A stretch of DNA of 64,000 nt from an uncultured delta proteobacterium. GTDB taxonomy: Bacteria > Desulfobacterota > Binatia > Binatales > Binataceae. Numbering within the stretch: position 1 is the stretch's first letter; each line of letters starts with the position of its first letter. The translations under genes were made by a program, and so were the position numbers. The stretch is taken from contig CAWCDG010000009.1 in assembly GCA_963794325.1 (NCBI GenBank), positions 32,001-96,000 of the forward strand, written 5' to 3'. Shown in pieces: positions 27,705 through 37,703 of the stretch. The notes beneath the pieces are model-generated. The model was not told the origin of the DNA and did no database searches. It saw nothing but the letters and a program-made list of their open reading frames with translations.

Positions 27705-29222
27705 ATGAGCCCGGCCGATACGCACCGCCCGAAGAACGCCATCGTAATCCTGCTCGACAGCCTCAATCGTCACATGATCGGCGCCTATGGCGGCCGCGAG
27801 TTCGCGACGCCCAACCTCGACAGTTTCGCACGGCGCGCGATTCGCTTCGATCGTCATTACTCGGGGTCGCTGCCGTGTATCCCGGCGCGTCACGATATTC
27901 TTTGCGGCGCGATCGATTTTTTGTGGAAGCCATGGGGATCGATCGAAATCTGGGAGCGGCCGCTCACTGCATATCTTCGCGCGGCCGGCGTCGTCACCAA
28001 GCTGGTCTCGGACCATCCGCATCTGTTTGAAGTCGGCGGCGAAAACTATCACACCGATTTCACCGCGTGGGACTACCAGCGCGGGCATGAGAGCGACCCA
28101 TGGCAGACGCGGCCCGATCCGAGCTGGATGGGCGCGCCGTCGTTCGCGCGCGGGCATACTCCGTACGACAACTCGCGCGGCTACTTTCGCGGCGAAGCGG
28201 ATTTTCCGGGGCCGCGCACGATGGCGGCGGCTACCGAATGGCTCGAGCGTTCGGCGCGCAGTCACGATCGTTTCATGTTGTTCGTTGATGAGTTCGATCC
28301 GCACGAGCCCTTCGATACGCCGGAGCCTTACGCCTCGATGTACGATTCGTCGTGGCAAGGTCCTCACATGATCTGGCCGCCGTATATGCGCGGCGCCCTG
28401 GAGCGTGGCGTGCTCACACTCGAGCAGGCGGCGCAAATTCGCGCGTGCTACGGCGCGAAGCTGACGATGATCGACGCGTGGCTCGGCAAGCTGCTCGGGG
28501 CAATCGAGCGCGGCGGGTTCTACCACGACACCGCGGTGATCGTATGCACCGATCACGGGCATTACCTGGGCGAGAAGGACATCTGGGGCAAGCCCGCGGT
28601 GCCGATTTACGAACCGCTCGGGCATACGCCGTTGCTGATCGCGATGCCGGGAGTTGGCAACAGAAATGTCGATGCGCTCACCACTAACGTCGATATCTGC
28701 GCGACGCTCGCGGATATTTTCGGCGTCGAGATGAAGCATCGGACCCACGGACGCTCGATGATTCCGCTGATGACGGGCGAAGCGCACTCGATTCGCGACT
28801 GGGCTTTAGCGGGAGTATGGGGACGCGAGGTTCATTTGATCGACGCGGAAGCGAAGTATGCGCGCGCGCCGTCGGGCGATAACGCGCCGCTGAGCCTGTG
28901 GTCGAATCGATGGTCCACGATGCCGATACATCACATGCCGGAAATCCAGATGCCGCCGCCCGACGATCGCGCGATCCTCGACCGGATGCCGGGCGCACGG
29001 ATTCCAGTTATCCGCCAGCCTTATCGCGCCGGCGACCTGCTGCCTTTCTGGGCGATGGGCAAGTTCAGTGGTAATCATTTGTATCGCGTGCGCGACGATC
29101 CTGCGGAAGAAGCGAACCTCGCGGGCGGTGTCGAAGAAAAACGCGCGGCGGAAAAACTTCGCGCCGTTCTTATCGAGATGGAAGCGCCCAAGGATCAGCT
29201 CGAACGCCTCGCGCTCGCATAA
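27705..29222 (+). CDS. Cys-type (formylglycine) sulfatase
   Basis: CIPAR motif, DPHEPF, TDHG. Confidence 0.9.
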   Translation: MSPADTHRPKNAIVILLDSLNRHMIGAYGGREFATPNLDSFARRAIRFDRHYSGSLPCIPARHDILCGAIDFLWKPWGSIEIWERPLTAYLRAAGVVTKLVSDHPHLFEVGGENYHTDFTAWDYQRGHESDPWQTRPDPSWMGAPSFARGHTPYDNSRGYFRGEADFPGPRTMAAATEWLERSARSHDRFMLFVDEFDPHEPFDTPEPYASMYDSSWQGPHMIWPPYMRGALERGVLTLEQAAQIRACYGAKLTMIDAWLGKLLGAIERGGFYHDTAVIVCTDHGHYLGEKDIWGKPAVPIYEPLGHTPLLIAMPGVGNRNVDALTTNVDICATLADIFGVEMKHRTHGRSMIPLMTGEAHSIRDWALAGVWGREVHLIDAEAKYARAPSGDNAPLSLWSNRWSTMPIHHMPEIQMPPPDDRAILDRMPGARIPVIRQPYRAGDLLPFWAMGKFSGNHLYRVRDDPAEEANLAGGVEEKRAAEKLRAVLIEMEAPKDQLERLALA

Positions 29223-29242
29223 CATCGAACAGGAGGAATGCA

Positions 29243-29653
29243 ATGGCAGCAAAAATTGTCGGTGGATGCATGTGCGGTGCGGTTCGTTACGAATCCACGG
29301 CGGACGCCGTGATGCAGGCGAGCTGTTACTGCCGCGATTGCCAGCGTTCGACTGGCGCGGCGTTCGCGCCGGTCCTGCTCGTCCCGAAAGACGCATTCAA
29401 GCTGACCAGGGGCGAGCTGAAACACTACGAGGTGAAAGGCGACAGCGGCAACAAAGTCAGCCGCGCGTTTTGCGCCAACTGCGGATCGCCGATCATGAGC
29501 GTCCTGTCGGGCATGCCGTTCACCGCGATCAAGGCCGGCAGCCTGGACGATCCAAGCCAGTTTCAGCCGACCGCGAGCATTTTCGTAGCCAGCGCACCGA
29601 AGTGGGCACCGCATTTTCCGGGCGTTCCAACCTTCGCCAAAAATCCCGGCTGA
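29243..29653 (+). CDS. GFA/CENP-V family protein
   Basis: GGCMCGAVRY, CYCRDCQR, FCANCGSP. Confidence 0.9.
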   Translation: MAAKIVGGCMCGAVRYESTADAVMQASCYCRDCQRSTGAAFAPVLLVPKDAFKLTRGELKHYEVKGDSGNKVSRAFCANCGSPIMSVLSGMPFTAIKAGSLDDPSQFQPTASIFVASAPKWAPHFPGVPTFAKNPG

Positions 29654-29704
29654 TACGGCGCCAGTTACGCGTGCCCATCTCGAGAGGAGCAATTCTCCCG
29701 GCAT

Positions 29705-30295
29705 CTAGCGGTGCCCACCTCCACCATGCCCCCCTCCGCCGCCGTGTCCTCCCGCATGCCCGCCACCGCGGTGACCTCCGCCGTGGCCGCCACCGCCGAA
29801 ATGCGGCGCGGGGGCGAATCCTCCGATCCAGAATGTTGGCGGCGGAAAGAACGCACCGTTCAAAGCGTTCAGTGACGCGACCTGCTGATCGTCGGATTGA
29901 GCGGCATATTGCGCAGTGTCACTCTCCTGCCGTTGCGCCACCTGGTAGCGGTCGTAGTCGCTTTGATGGCCTTCATAAACGCAGACGCAAATGTCGGGAT
30001 CGTAATACCAGTAAACCGCGCCTGATTGTGCGGTGTACTTGCGAATCTCGTAGGGCGGCAAATCTTCCACGAGGCCGCCCTCGTCATCAGTGACGACTTT
30101 GATCGTCGTGAATCCCGCCTCTGAGAGCATCGCCTCGGTTTTCCGAACGGTCTCCGGCTTCGAGGCTTCATAGCGCCGGTATAGTGCACAACTTGATACG
30201 ATCAGCGCCAGCAGAACCCCAACAATGAACCGTCTGTACAGCAAGCGAAGCCGATCATATATGCCTCGCTCCCCGGACAGAATGAACAATCGCAA
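29705..30295 (-). CDS. hypothetical lipoprotein with Gly/His-rich tail
   Basis: Lipobox-like VSSC, YWYYDPDICVCVYEG, GGGH repeats; start codon uncertain. Confidence 0.6.
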   Translation of the reverse strand: MRLFILSGERGIYDRLRLLYRRFIVGVLLALIVSSCALYRRYEASKPETVRKTEAMLSEAGFTTIKVVTDDEGGLVEDLPPYEIRKYTAQSGAVYWYYDPDICVCVYEGHQSDYDRYQVAQRQESDTAQYAAQSDDQQVASLNALNGAFFPPPTFWIGGFAPAPHFGGGGHGGGHRGGGHAGGHGGGGGHGGGGHR

Positions 30296-30356
30296 TCAAC
30301 CCGCCATCTTCGCCCGCCGGCGTGTTTATGATTTAACGATCTTGCTCGCCCAAAAC

Positions 30357-30441
30357 GCCGGGGTGGCGAAATGGCATACGCAGAGGACTTAAAATCCTCT
30401 GGAGCGAAAGCTCCGTGCGGGTTCGACCCCCGCCCCCGGCA
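30357..30441 (+). tRNA. tRNA-Leu (anticodon TAA), CCA not encoded
   Basis: GCCGGGG acceptor stem, AGAGGA-CTTAAAA-TCCTCT anticodon arm, long variable arm GGAGC-GAAA-GCTCC, GGTTCGA T-loop. Confidence 0.96.
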
Positions 30442-30528
30442 TCGAAACAAAACGGGCTTAGCGGACTAGGCGGCGGCAAGCGGGATTGAATCGATACGGC
30501 TGCTAGCGTCTACAATCTTTCACGACCT

Positions 30529-31719
30529 TCACGATCGCATTTCGCTCGAACCTTTGGGCGCCGCCGACGCCATCGGATCGACCCTCAAGGGAATCTCGAA
30601 ACTGACCGACTGCGGAATCTTGCAAATCTGATCGCTGCATTCCTGAAAACTGAGCGTGCCCTTCAGCTTGTAGTCGCCAGGCTTCAATCCGGAACGCACG
30701 AGGATTCTTCCTTTGGCTCGAAAGCTACCCGCATAGACCGGCAGGGTCTCGCCCAGTTCGGGGAAAGCGACTTTCTGTGGATCGGGATACTCGAACGACT
30801 GCTTCGCGACGCAGTCGCTATCAAATACGATCGCAGTCGGCGTATAGTTTGTCGGAAGCGGTTGCCCGTAAATGTGCCATCCCTTCGCAATTGAGAAGTC
30901 TGCGGCGACCCCGATCTCCTGGCCGGCTACCGCGCGATCCATCGACGGAGTGATCATGATTCGAATGTCTTCCGCGGTTAACGATACAGATTTGCCACTC
31001 GGGTCCGCACCGAGTTCATTAACCAGGATTTCCGACGAAGCCACCCTCGTCTGATAATCGGGTAGAAAGTACTTGGCCTGGATTACGCCATCGGGAGAGA
31101 TAAGGTAATCGCCCGGGAACGGAATACCGTAGAACGGATGACCCTTTGGAATATTCGAATTGAGGATTCCGAACTCGCTAATAACAACGCTGCCCTTGTC
31201 GGATAGACACGGAAATCCGAGTTCATGCGCGGCGCTGAAGCGGTGGAGAATCTCCTGAGAATCGTAGGTGACGACCGCGATCTTTACGCCCCGCTGTTCG
31301 AAGGCTCGGCGCGACTGCTCCAGCTCGACGAGCTGGCTTCTGCAGTAGGGTCACCAATCGGCGCTTCGACTAAAGACCAGAAGAAGTCCCGCGGGGCCGG
31401 TGAGATCGCGAAACTTTCTTTCGTTACCGTTCTGATCCACGAGTGCGAAGTCAGGTATTTTCTCCCCGACCTTAAGACCGGTGGTTGCGCCATCGTTTTG
31501 GGCCTTAACGAAATCCTGAAACTCGCCCGGCGCGATCTTCTCGCCACTGCGCATTTTTTTCAGGACCTGTGTGAGAACCTCGCCGTTCCTGGAATTCGAG
31601 TCTGGCATCGCTACCTCCTGGGCAGACACCAACGGGATTCTGCCGCAAAATCCCACGATCACCGAAAAGATCGCGGGAATTACACTACCTTTGAAATCAA
31701 AGTGGGATCGCGATTTCAT
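30529..31719 (-). CDS. putative selenoprotein: exported AhpC/TSA redoxin (UxxC) fused to a DsbD N-terminal-like domain, 396 aa
   Basis: In-frame TGA at 31351-31353 in SADW-U-PYC; the frame stays open into the 30529..31044 ORF; SECIS-like hairpin follows the TGA. Confidence 0.85.
31315..31345 (-). promoter_or_regulatory. candidate bacterial SECIS element
   Basis: Minus strand CTGC-AGAAG-CCAGCTC-GTC-GAGCTGG-A-GCAG; apical G is the 22nd nt after the UGA. Confidence 0.65.
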
Positions 31720-32342
31720 ATCTCTCGCGTGAGTAAAGCTCTGTGGGCACCCATGTATTCAATCAGTCGCACGGCCAGTAGCGCCGCAAGCACGAGCCCA
31801 TAGGCGAGTGGCTCGCTTTCGTCGCGTTTGACCCTCAAAGTGAAATGAAGGACCGCGAGCGCCGGTGCCAGATAAGCAAGGCGATGGAGCTGCTTCCACC
31901 GGACGTAACCGATGCGTCTGAGGGCGGAATTCGTCGATGTCGCGGCCAACGGAATCAGTAGCACAAAAGTAGAAAATCCCAAGAAGATAAACTTCCGCTT
32001 GACAACATCGTCCACGATAGCGTTCCAGTCCAGACCCTGATCGAGCACTGTATAAGTGATGACGTGCAAGAGAGCATAGAAGAAAGCGAGCAAGCCGAGC
32101 ATCCGCCGGATACGCATTGGCCATGTCCAACCGAAGGTCGTTTTCAGCGGCGTGCAGCCGAGAGCAGCAACCAGGAAGACGAGAGCGATCAGGCCGAGCT
32201 GGTTCAAAGCTTGCGCAATTGGATCGGGGCCGAGATCGTCACGCCAGGCCCGCTCGAGAATAGCCGCGATCGGGACTAACGACCCGGTGAGCACTGCCGG
32301 CTTGAGCCACGGCAACGGCGATTTCTTTCTTCGCGCTTCCAT
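31716..32342 (-). CDS. msrQ: MsrQ heme-binding membrane subunit
   Basis: RRMLGLLAFFYALLH, PLAATS, WKQLHRLAY. Confidence 0.92.
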   Translation of the reverse strand: MEARRKKSPLPWLKPAVLTGSLVPIAAILERAWRDDLGPDPIAQALNQLGLIALVFLVAALGCTPLKTTFGWTWPMRIRRMLGLLAFFYALLHVITYTVLDQGLDWNAIVDDVVKRKFIFLGFSTFVLLIPLAATSTNSALRRIGYVRWKQLHRLAYLAPALAVLHFTLRVKRDESEPLAYGLVLAALLAVRLIEYMGAHRALLTREI

Positions 32343-32344
32343 GC

Positions 32345-33349
32345 CTAGAAGAACGTCCTAAGGTCCATCCCCGTATAGAGGCTTGCCACCTGGTTCCCGT
32401 AGCCGTTGAAAGGCAGGGTTGGGCGACGGTGATACTCGCCGATCCGTCTTTCGGTCGCCTGGCTCCAGCGTGGATGGTCGACTGCGGGATTCACGTTCGC
32501 ATAAAAGCCGTACTCGTCCGGCCCCGCGATGTTCCATGAAGTAGGCGGCTGTTCCGCGGTCAGACTAATATTCACAATCGATTTGATCCCTTTGAAACCG
32601 TATTTCCACGGAACCACAAGGCGGAGAGGCGCCCCGTCCTGGTTCGGTAGCCGCTTACCGTATAGACCGACCGCCAGGATCGTCAGCGGATTCATCGCTT
32701 CGTCGATGCGCAGACCTTCGACGTAGGGCCATCGTAGAAGATCGGTGCGCTGACCCGGCATCTGTTGAGGATCTAGGAGTGACTTGAAGGCAACGTATTT
32801 CGCTCGCGAGGTGGGCGCGACAAGCTTCAAGAGATCTCCTAGCGGGAAACCCACCCATGGGATAACCATCGACCAGGCTTCGACGCAACGCATCCGGTAG
32901 ATACGTTCCTCAAGGAGAAACGATTTGATGAGCTGTTCAACCTCGAAAACTTGCGGGTGCGCCACCTCGCCATCGATCGCCACATGCCAGGGACGCGGTC
33001 TCAGGCTGTCGGCGTTCGCGGCCGGATCACTCTTGTCGGTGCCAAACTCGTAGAAGTTATTGTAGTTGGTTACGCCGTTGTAAGAGGTGTTCTTTTCCCC
33101 GGACGCGTAGTCGTAGTGCCGCGCAATGGTGAGCGCCGAGTCATCATCGGGCGCTCCAGTCGCGGTTGCCTTAGCTGTTTTCTCGTGGTCCTTTGCTCGA
33201 AGGCCTCGCATAAGCCAGAGCAGAGTGCTGCCAACCCCACTGCTTGTCGCCGCGAAGAGCAGCGAGCTCTTGATGAATTCGCGCCGCTGAAGGTACACCC
33301 TCTGGGGGGTGATTTCGCTCGTTGCGGGAATGTTACCGATGTCAGACAC
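32345..33349 (-). CDS. msrP: MsrP molybdoenzyme (periplasmic methionine sulfoxide reductase)
   Basis: Tat motif [48 protein letters not shown]. Confidence 0.95.
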   Translation of the reverse strand: MSDIGNIPATSEITPQRVYLQRREFIKSSLLFAATSSGVGSTLLWLMRGLRAKDHEKTAKATATGAPDDDSALTIARHYDYASGEKNTSYNGVTNYNNFYEFGTDKSDPAANADSLRPRPWHVAIDGEVAHPQVFEVEQLIKSFLLEERIYRMRCVEAWSMVIPWVGFPLGDLLKLVAPTSRAKYVAFKSLLDPQQMPGQRTDLLRWPYVEGLRIDEAMNPLTILAVGLYGKRLPNQDGAPLRLVVPWKYGFKGIKSIVNISLTAEQPPTSWNIAGPDEYGFYANVNPAVDHPRWSQATERRIGEYHRRPTLPFNGYGNQVASLYTGMDLRTFF

Positions 33350-33458
33350 CGCGGCCTGTACCTTCTCTCCAAAGCCTCAAACAGACGAAAATCGCATCGG
33401 CGCAGAAAGTTCCTCGCTAGTCGGGCGAATTTGCCACAACGACAAGCGTTCATGTCTT

Positions 33459-33486
33459 TAGATGCCGTGATTGTCCGAAGGGTTAC
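33459..33486 (-). promoter_or_regulatory. ECF-type promoter upstream of msrP
   Basis: GTAACC-N18-TCTA. Confidence 0.65.
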
Positions 33487-33595
33487 CAATATAGCGGATG
33501 ATTCATCAGCCGCTTAGTCACGAATCAGGTGTCGTAGCCGGGAGCGTTACGCGCGATGTCGAAGCGCTCGAGGTCAATGACGGCCTGGCGCAACG

Positions 33596-33997
33596 TTATT
33601 CTGTCGGGTTCAGTAAGGGCGCGGGCGCGCAAGCGATTAACACAGTGCGTTCTAGTCCAGCTTCACGATGCTTGTGGATTTGCTGATATTCCGCCGTCAA
33701 TCCCATTTCGAATAGAGCCTTCGCACTTGGATATTCCACGAGTGCGACGGCGTCCCACTCGTCGGACGAATCGCCGATCAGCACCGACTCCGGCCGCCCA
33801 GACCACAAGACCTTCCCTCCGACTGCCTCGATCATTTTTACCACCCTTGAGCCGTATCGACCATACGCCTCCGCACCGGTTCCGGCCTCTTCTTGAGCCT
33901 TCGCCCTGAACTTGAGCAGGTTGAGCATCACGATCGGACCGGGGTGCTCTTTAATCAGTTCTGCGAACTTATTCGGGTCGGGACTGATATTGTTCAT
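33596..33997 (-). CDS. DUF1330 domain protein
   Basis: GPIVMLNLLKFR, WDAVALVEYPS, HREAGL. Confidence 0.85.
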   Translation of the reverse strand: MNNISPDPNKFAELIKEHPGPIVMLNLLKFRAKAQEEAGTGAEAYGRYGSRVVKMIEAVGGKVLWSGRPESVLIGDSSDEWDAVALVEYPSAKALFEMGLTAEYQQIHKHREAGLERTVLIACAPAPLLNPTE

Positions 33998-34057
33998 TTG
34001 GCTATCCTATCTACCTTTTTGGGATTCGTCAGCAAATCGAAACCAATTCAGGAACAC

Positions 34058-34750
34058 TCAAGTGTCATACCCCGGAGAGTTACGCGCGACGTCGGAGCGA
34101 TCGAGCATACGCTTCCGCCAAAGCGCAACCGGGTCTTCGTCTTGCAAAACCTTGAAGGGACTCACACTTCGCGCCCACATGAATCCGCTGAAGGCGATGT
34201 AGTCTCCGTAGTCGGGTTCATTTCCAGCCAGGAACGGCTGCATCCTAACAGTAGCGCGAAGGAGCTCGATACTCTGTTGAAACTCGGTGACCCGACTTAA
34301 GCGATGCGCGCCTGCCTGCTCAAGCGACATGCCTAGTTTACGCTCACGGCTGGACCGAAAGTACTCGCGATCCTTTTCGTGGAGATGGTTAAACAGATCC
34401 ACAATTATCAAAGGCATTAGCCCAGGCATCAGAACGGTATCGGTCCACAGCTCCATGAATCGCGCGAATGCCTTCCCACCACGTCCGCGGAACAGGCTAG
34501 GACGTTCGGGATTAGTCTGTTCCAGATGATTCGCGATCTCCCAGGAGCCCACCACGGCTTTCCCCGAATCAACCAGCACAGGTACACGGCCCTGACCTGA
34601 GAAAGCGATTACGTCTTTATCGGTGAACCGCCAAGGTATCGTCTCGACGGGTAGACCTTTATGTTCAAGCGCCAGCGTATCCGCCAGCCGTAAGGGCTGA
34701 ACCGCCGAGCGGGGTCTGCGCCCGCCAGATCGTAAAGGATGAGTGACCTC
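34058..34750 (-). pseudogene. glutathione S-transferase (LigE-like) with a frameshift near 34676 and no evident start codon
   Basis: ILYDLAGADPARRFSPYGWRI | LALEHKGLPVETIPWRFTDK..GRVPVLVD..SWEIANHL. Confidence 0.75.
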
Positions 34751-34809
34751 TAAGTGTATGATCCTCAGTAGCTTATCGCAGATTAGGTTATTGAACAGGC
34801 GACACCGGA

Positions 34810-35703
34810 TTAGCTGTTGCTAAGCATGAAATTGACGACCACGCGTGCCAGTTCCTCACCCTTATCTTCCTGCAGGAAATGACCCGCTCCAATTATCGTC
34901 GTATGCGGCTGATTGCGAGCTCCCGGAATTGCCGACTGGAGCAACCGCTCTCCGCCTTTCGTGACCGGATCGCCATCGCTGAACGCAGTAAGAAATGGCT
35001 TCTCCCACCTTCGGAGGACTTCCCAAGCCTTGCGATTTGCCGGCACTGCGGGATCGTCGGGCGCGATAGGAACGAGAATAGGAAATTGGCGCGCACCAGC
35101 CTTGAAGCGCTCGTCGGGAAAGGGCGCATCGTATGCGGCGGCAACCTCGGGCGGAAGTGCGTTCGCACATCCACCCTGGACAATCTGACCGATCGGGAAA
35201 GTCGGTGTCTCCTGCGAGAATTTGCGCCATGCCATGAACGCGTCACCGATTGGGCCTTCACCGGTCGGCAGTCCGGTATTCGCCGCGACGATGCGCGCAA
35301 ATCGCTCTGGATGCTCTGCTGCGACGCGCAGTCCTATCACTCCTCCCCAGTCCTGGCACACCAGAGTTATTCCACGAAGATCGAGCTTCTGAATGAATCG
35401 GGCGGTCCAGTTTACATGCCCTTGATAAGTGTAGTCTCCACGATTAGCTGGCTTATCCGACCGTCCAAAGCCGACCAGATCCGGCGCGATAGCGCGCAAT
35501 CCCGCGGAGACAAAAACGGGAATCAATTTTCGATACAGGTATGACCACGACGGCTCGCCATGGAGCATCAGCACGGGCGGCGCGCTCTGCGGTCCTTCGT
35601 CAACGTAGTGCATTCTCAAACCGCCAACTTCCACATAGCGCGGCTTGAATGGGTAACCGGGCAGATTCGAAAAGCGCTCATCAGGCGTGCGCAATATTTC
35701 CAT
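34810..35703 (-). CDS. haloalkane dehalogenase (DhlA/DhmA-like)
   Basis: LRTPDERF, HGEPSWSYLYR, QDWGG, GHFLQED. Confidence 0.92.
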   Translation of the reverse strand: MEILRTPDERFSNLPGYPFKPRYVEVGGLRMHYVDEGPQSAPPVLMLHGEPSWSYLYRKLIPVFVSAGLRAIAPDLVGFGRSDKPANRGDYTYQGHVNWTARFIQKLDLRGITLVCQDWGGVIGLRVAAEHPERFARIVAANTGLPTGEGPIGDAFMAWRKFSQETPTFPIGQIVQGGCANALPPEVAAAYDAPFPDERFKAGARQFPILVPIAPDDPAVPANRKAWEVLRRWEKPFLTAFSDGDPVTKGGERLLQSAIPGARNQPHTTIIGAGHFLQEDKGEELARVVVNFMLSNS

Positions 35704-35743
35704 CAGATTTCCTCCCAGAAATTGTGCCGACCCTTCAGTCTTC

Positions 35744-36121
35744 TTAATGGTGCCGAAGTGCCATCCGAATCGCGCGCAGCAAGCTTTCTTCATCAAAGGG
35801 TTTGACCAAGCTCGCGATCGGGTTAGCTTCGCGCATCATTTGCCTGGTCCACTTATCATCACGGCCGCTCATCAGGATGGTCGGCACGTGCCATTTTGAC
35901 GCAGCCAGACTCCAGCATAATTCGATCCCGTTCATCCCCGGCATATACACATCCAACAACAGGCACGCGTTGCCTATTGGGAGGTCGCCGCTCAGTAACT
36001 CTTCCGCGCTCTGAAAGTCGAGCACGATGAATCCCAAAACCTGCAACTGCCCTCGCAGCGCGCGACGTAGTGAGGTGTCGTCATCCACCACAATTACCGT
36101 GGCCGCCGCTCTATTCCGCAA
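35744..36121 (-). CDS. single-domain response regulator receiver (FixJ-like)
   Basis: VVDDD, LLLDVYMPGMNG, KPF. Confidence 0.85.
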   Translation of the reverse strand: MRNRAAATVIVVDDDTSLRRALRGQLQVLGFIVLDFQSAEELLSGDLPIGNACLLLDVYMPGMNGIELCWSLAASKWHVPTILMSGRDDKWTRQMMREANPIASLVKPFDEESLLRAIRMALRHH

Positions 36122-36338
36122 CTAACGATACCAACTGAGATGAAGAGTATCGTTCGGAAGGAAGAACAGGCGGCCTTGCAACATCTTGTCGGGGGAGGGA
36201 CCGATGCCCGGTACGAAGTGCGCCGGATTGAAGGCCGCCTGTCCAATCTTGGCGAAACAGTTTCCGTGATTAGGATTCAGCATGACTCTGCCAGCGAGCA
36301 CATAAGTCGATCGGCGCCGTCTCTAGGCGTCGCGCTCG

Positions 36339-36639
36339 TTACCAAATCCAAACCGGTTGAAGCGCTTGGTCCACCTGCTCCTGCGCGACCTGCTGCCCGC
36401 TCTGCATGCGTTGCACGAGTTGATCGATTTCGTAGCTCTTCTGCGCGAAGGCTGGGTTGTTCTTATTTCCTTCGCGGGCCTCGCGCTGCGTTGCTTGGGA
36501 GGCATGCTCTAGTTCAGCAATGGTTTGTGCGTTGGGCTGAACGGCAGAGTAACTTCTCGAAATTCCGACAGACCCGGCTAGAGCCGGCGACGAGAGAGTC
36601 AAAGCCACCGTTCCGGCGGCGAAAATTGTGCTTCCTCAT
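36339..36639 (-). CDS. small secreted helical protein (1-bp frameshift just after the ATG)
   Basis: ATG AGG AAG C | ACA ATT TTC... restores the signal peptide M(R)STIFAAGTVALTLSSPALA. Confidence 0.55.
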
Positions 36640-36658
36640 TGACTAACACCTCGGTAAT

Positions 36659-36686
36659 TAGAGTGGCGAAACCGGCGGAAGGTTAC
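36659..36686 (-). promoter_or_regulatory. ECF-type promoter
   Basis: GTAACC-N18-TCTA. Confidence 0.6.
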
Positions 36687-36805
36687 AGCCCAGCACTGAG
36701 TTTTGTGCACTTGGACCCAGATGAGATCGCCACCCGCGGGATGTTAGGATGGGCTCGCCGGTTGCAAGCGACACTAGTTGCGCCCATCCAGGTGCTGTCG
36801 AAGCA

Positions 36806-37630
36806 TCAGTTCTTAGCGACTGGGTACTCCGCGCTAGCACCCTCAATTCTGAGCGACGTAAGGTCTTGAATGAACGCCGCGACACCAAGATGCTCCAGTG
36901 ACCATGAAGGGTCGAGGTCAATAGTCATCTCCTGGACGAAAGAGCCAGGCTGCGTCGCGTCCAGTTCAAATGCCGGCAGCAATTTCCTCACGGTGTAATC
37001 GTAGGTGATTTCGCGCCCGCCGTTCTCGCCTGCGCCAATCTTGCTGACCAGACCGTTCTCGTAAATCGCCAGCATTACCACGAGCCGTCCGGACCCTGCG
37101 GAGCTCAACAATTGCGCGTTAACTTTGACCTGAAGTTTTCGAGACCCCGCTGGAGCGAGGCTCGTTTGAATGCTTGTGCGACCGCGCGGCGAGGTCGCAT
37201 GCGCAGCGGCCACCGCGCGCTCGATACTTCCAGCGTCAGAACCACTGCACTGCCACGCGCCGCCGATCACCATTTGAGGCGTGTACTCGCCGTCCAGGTT
37301 CATCGCCCGAGCGTAGTCGCTTTGTCGCTCAGACCATTGACGTGACGAAAACGGGTCAGCCCACCCTTGATTCCAGTAATCCACGTGGTAGGCCAGTGGG
37401 ATCACCGATTTTGACGAGGCGCCGAGCTCACTAATGAGCCCGTCGGCGGGCGGACAGCTGGAGCATCCTTCGGAGGTGAAAAGTTCCAGCACAACTGGCG
37501 CGCCAACTGCCGCTCCGTCCGTCTGAGAGAACGCAACTGCTTTATGAAAGAGACCGAATCCGATCGCGGCAACGGTTGCGACACTGACAATCCAGGGAAC
37601 AAGACCGAATCGCCCACGGGAGTTTCGCAT
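36806..37630 (-). CDS. DUF1223 thioredoxin-like secreted protein
   Basis: VVLELFTSEGCSSCPPAD, HVDYWN..WADPFS, YTPQMV. Confidence 0.9.
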   Translation of the reverse strand: MRNSRGRFGLVPWIVSVATVAAIGFGLFHKAVAFSQTDGAAVGAPVVLELFTSEGCSSCPPADGLISELGASSKSVIPLAYHVDYWNQGWADPFSSRQWSERQSDYARAMNLDGEYTPQMVIGGAWQCSGSDAGSIERAVAAAHATSPRGRTSIQTSLAPAGSRKLQVKVNAQLLSSAGSGRLVVMLAIYENGLVSKIGAGENGGREITYDYTVRKLLPAFELDATQPGSFVQEMTIDLDPSWSLEHLGVAAFIQDLTSLRIEGASAEYPVAKN

Positions 37631-37703
37631 AGTGACTGTACCTCTCAAGCGTAAACTCGCTGCCGGTCGCGAGGTTGAAGCAATGTTTCGATCTGCGCTG
37701 GCG

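Noticed and set aside
31351-31353. Nonsense mutation or two separate genes
   Set aside because: The stop is TGA exactly at the catalytic Cys position, the frame stays open and a SECIS-like hairpin follows; Sec is more parsimonious, though unproven
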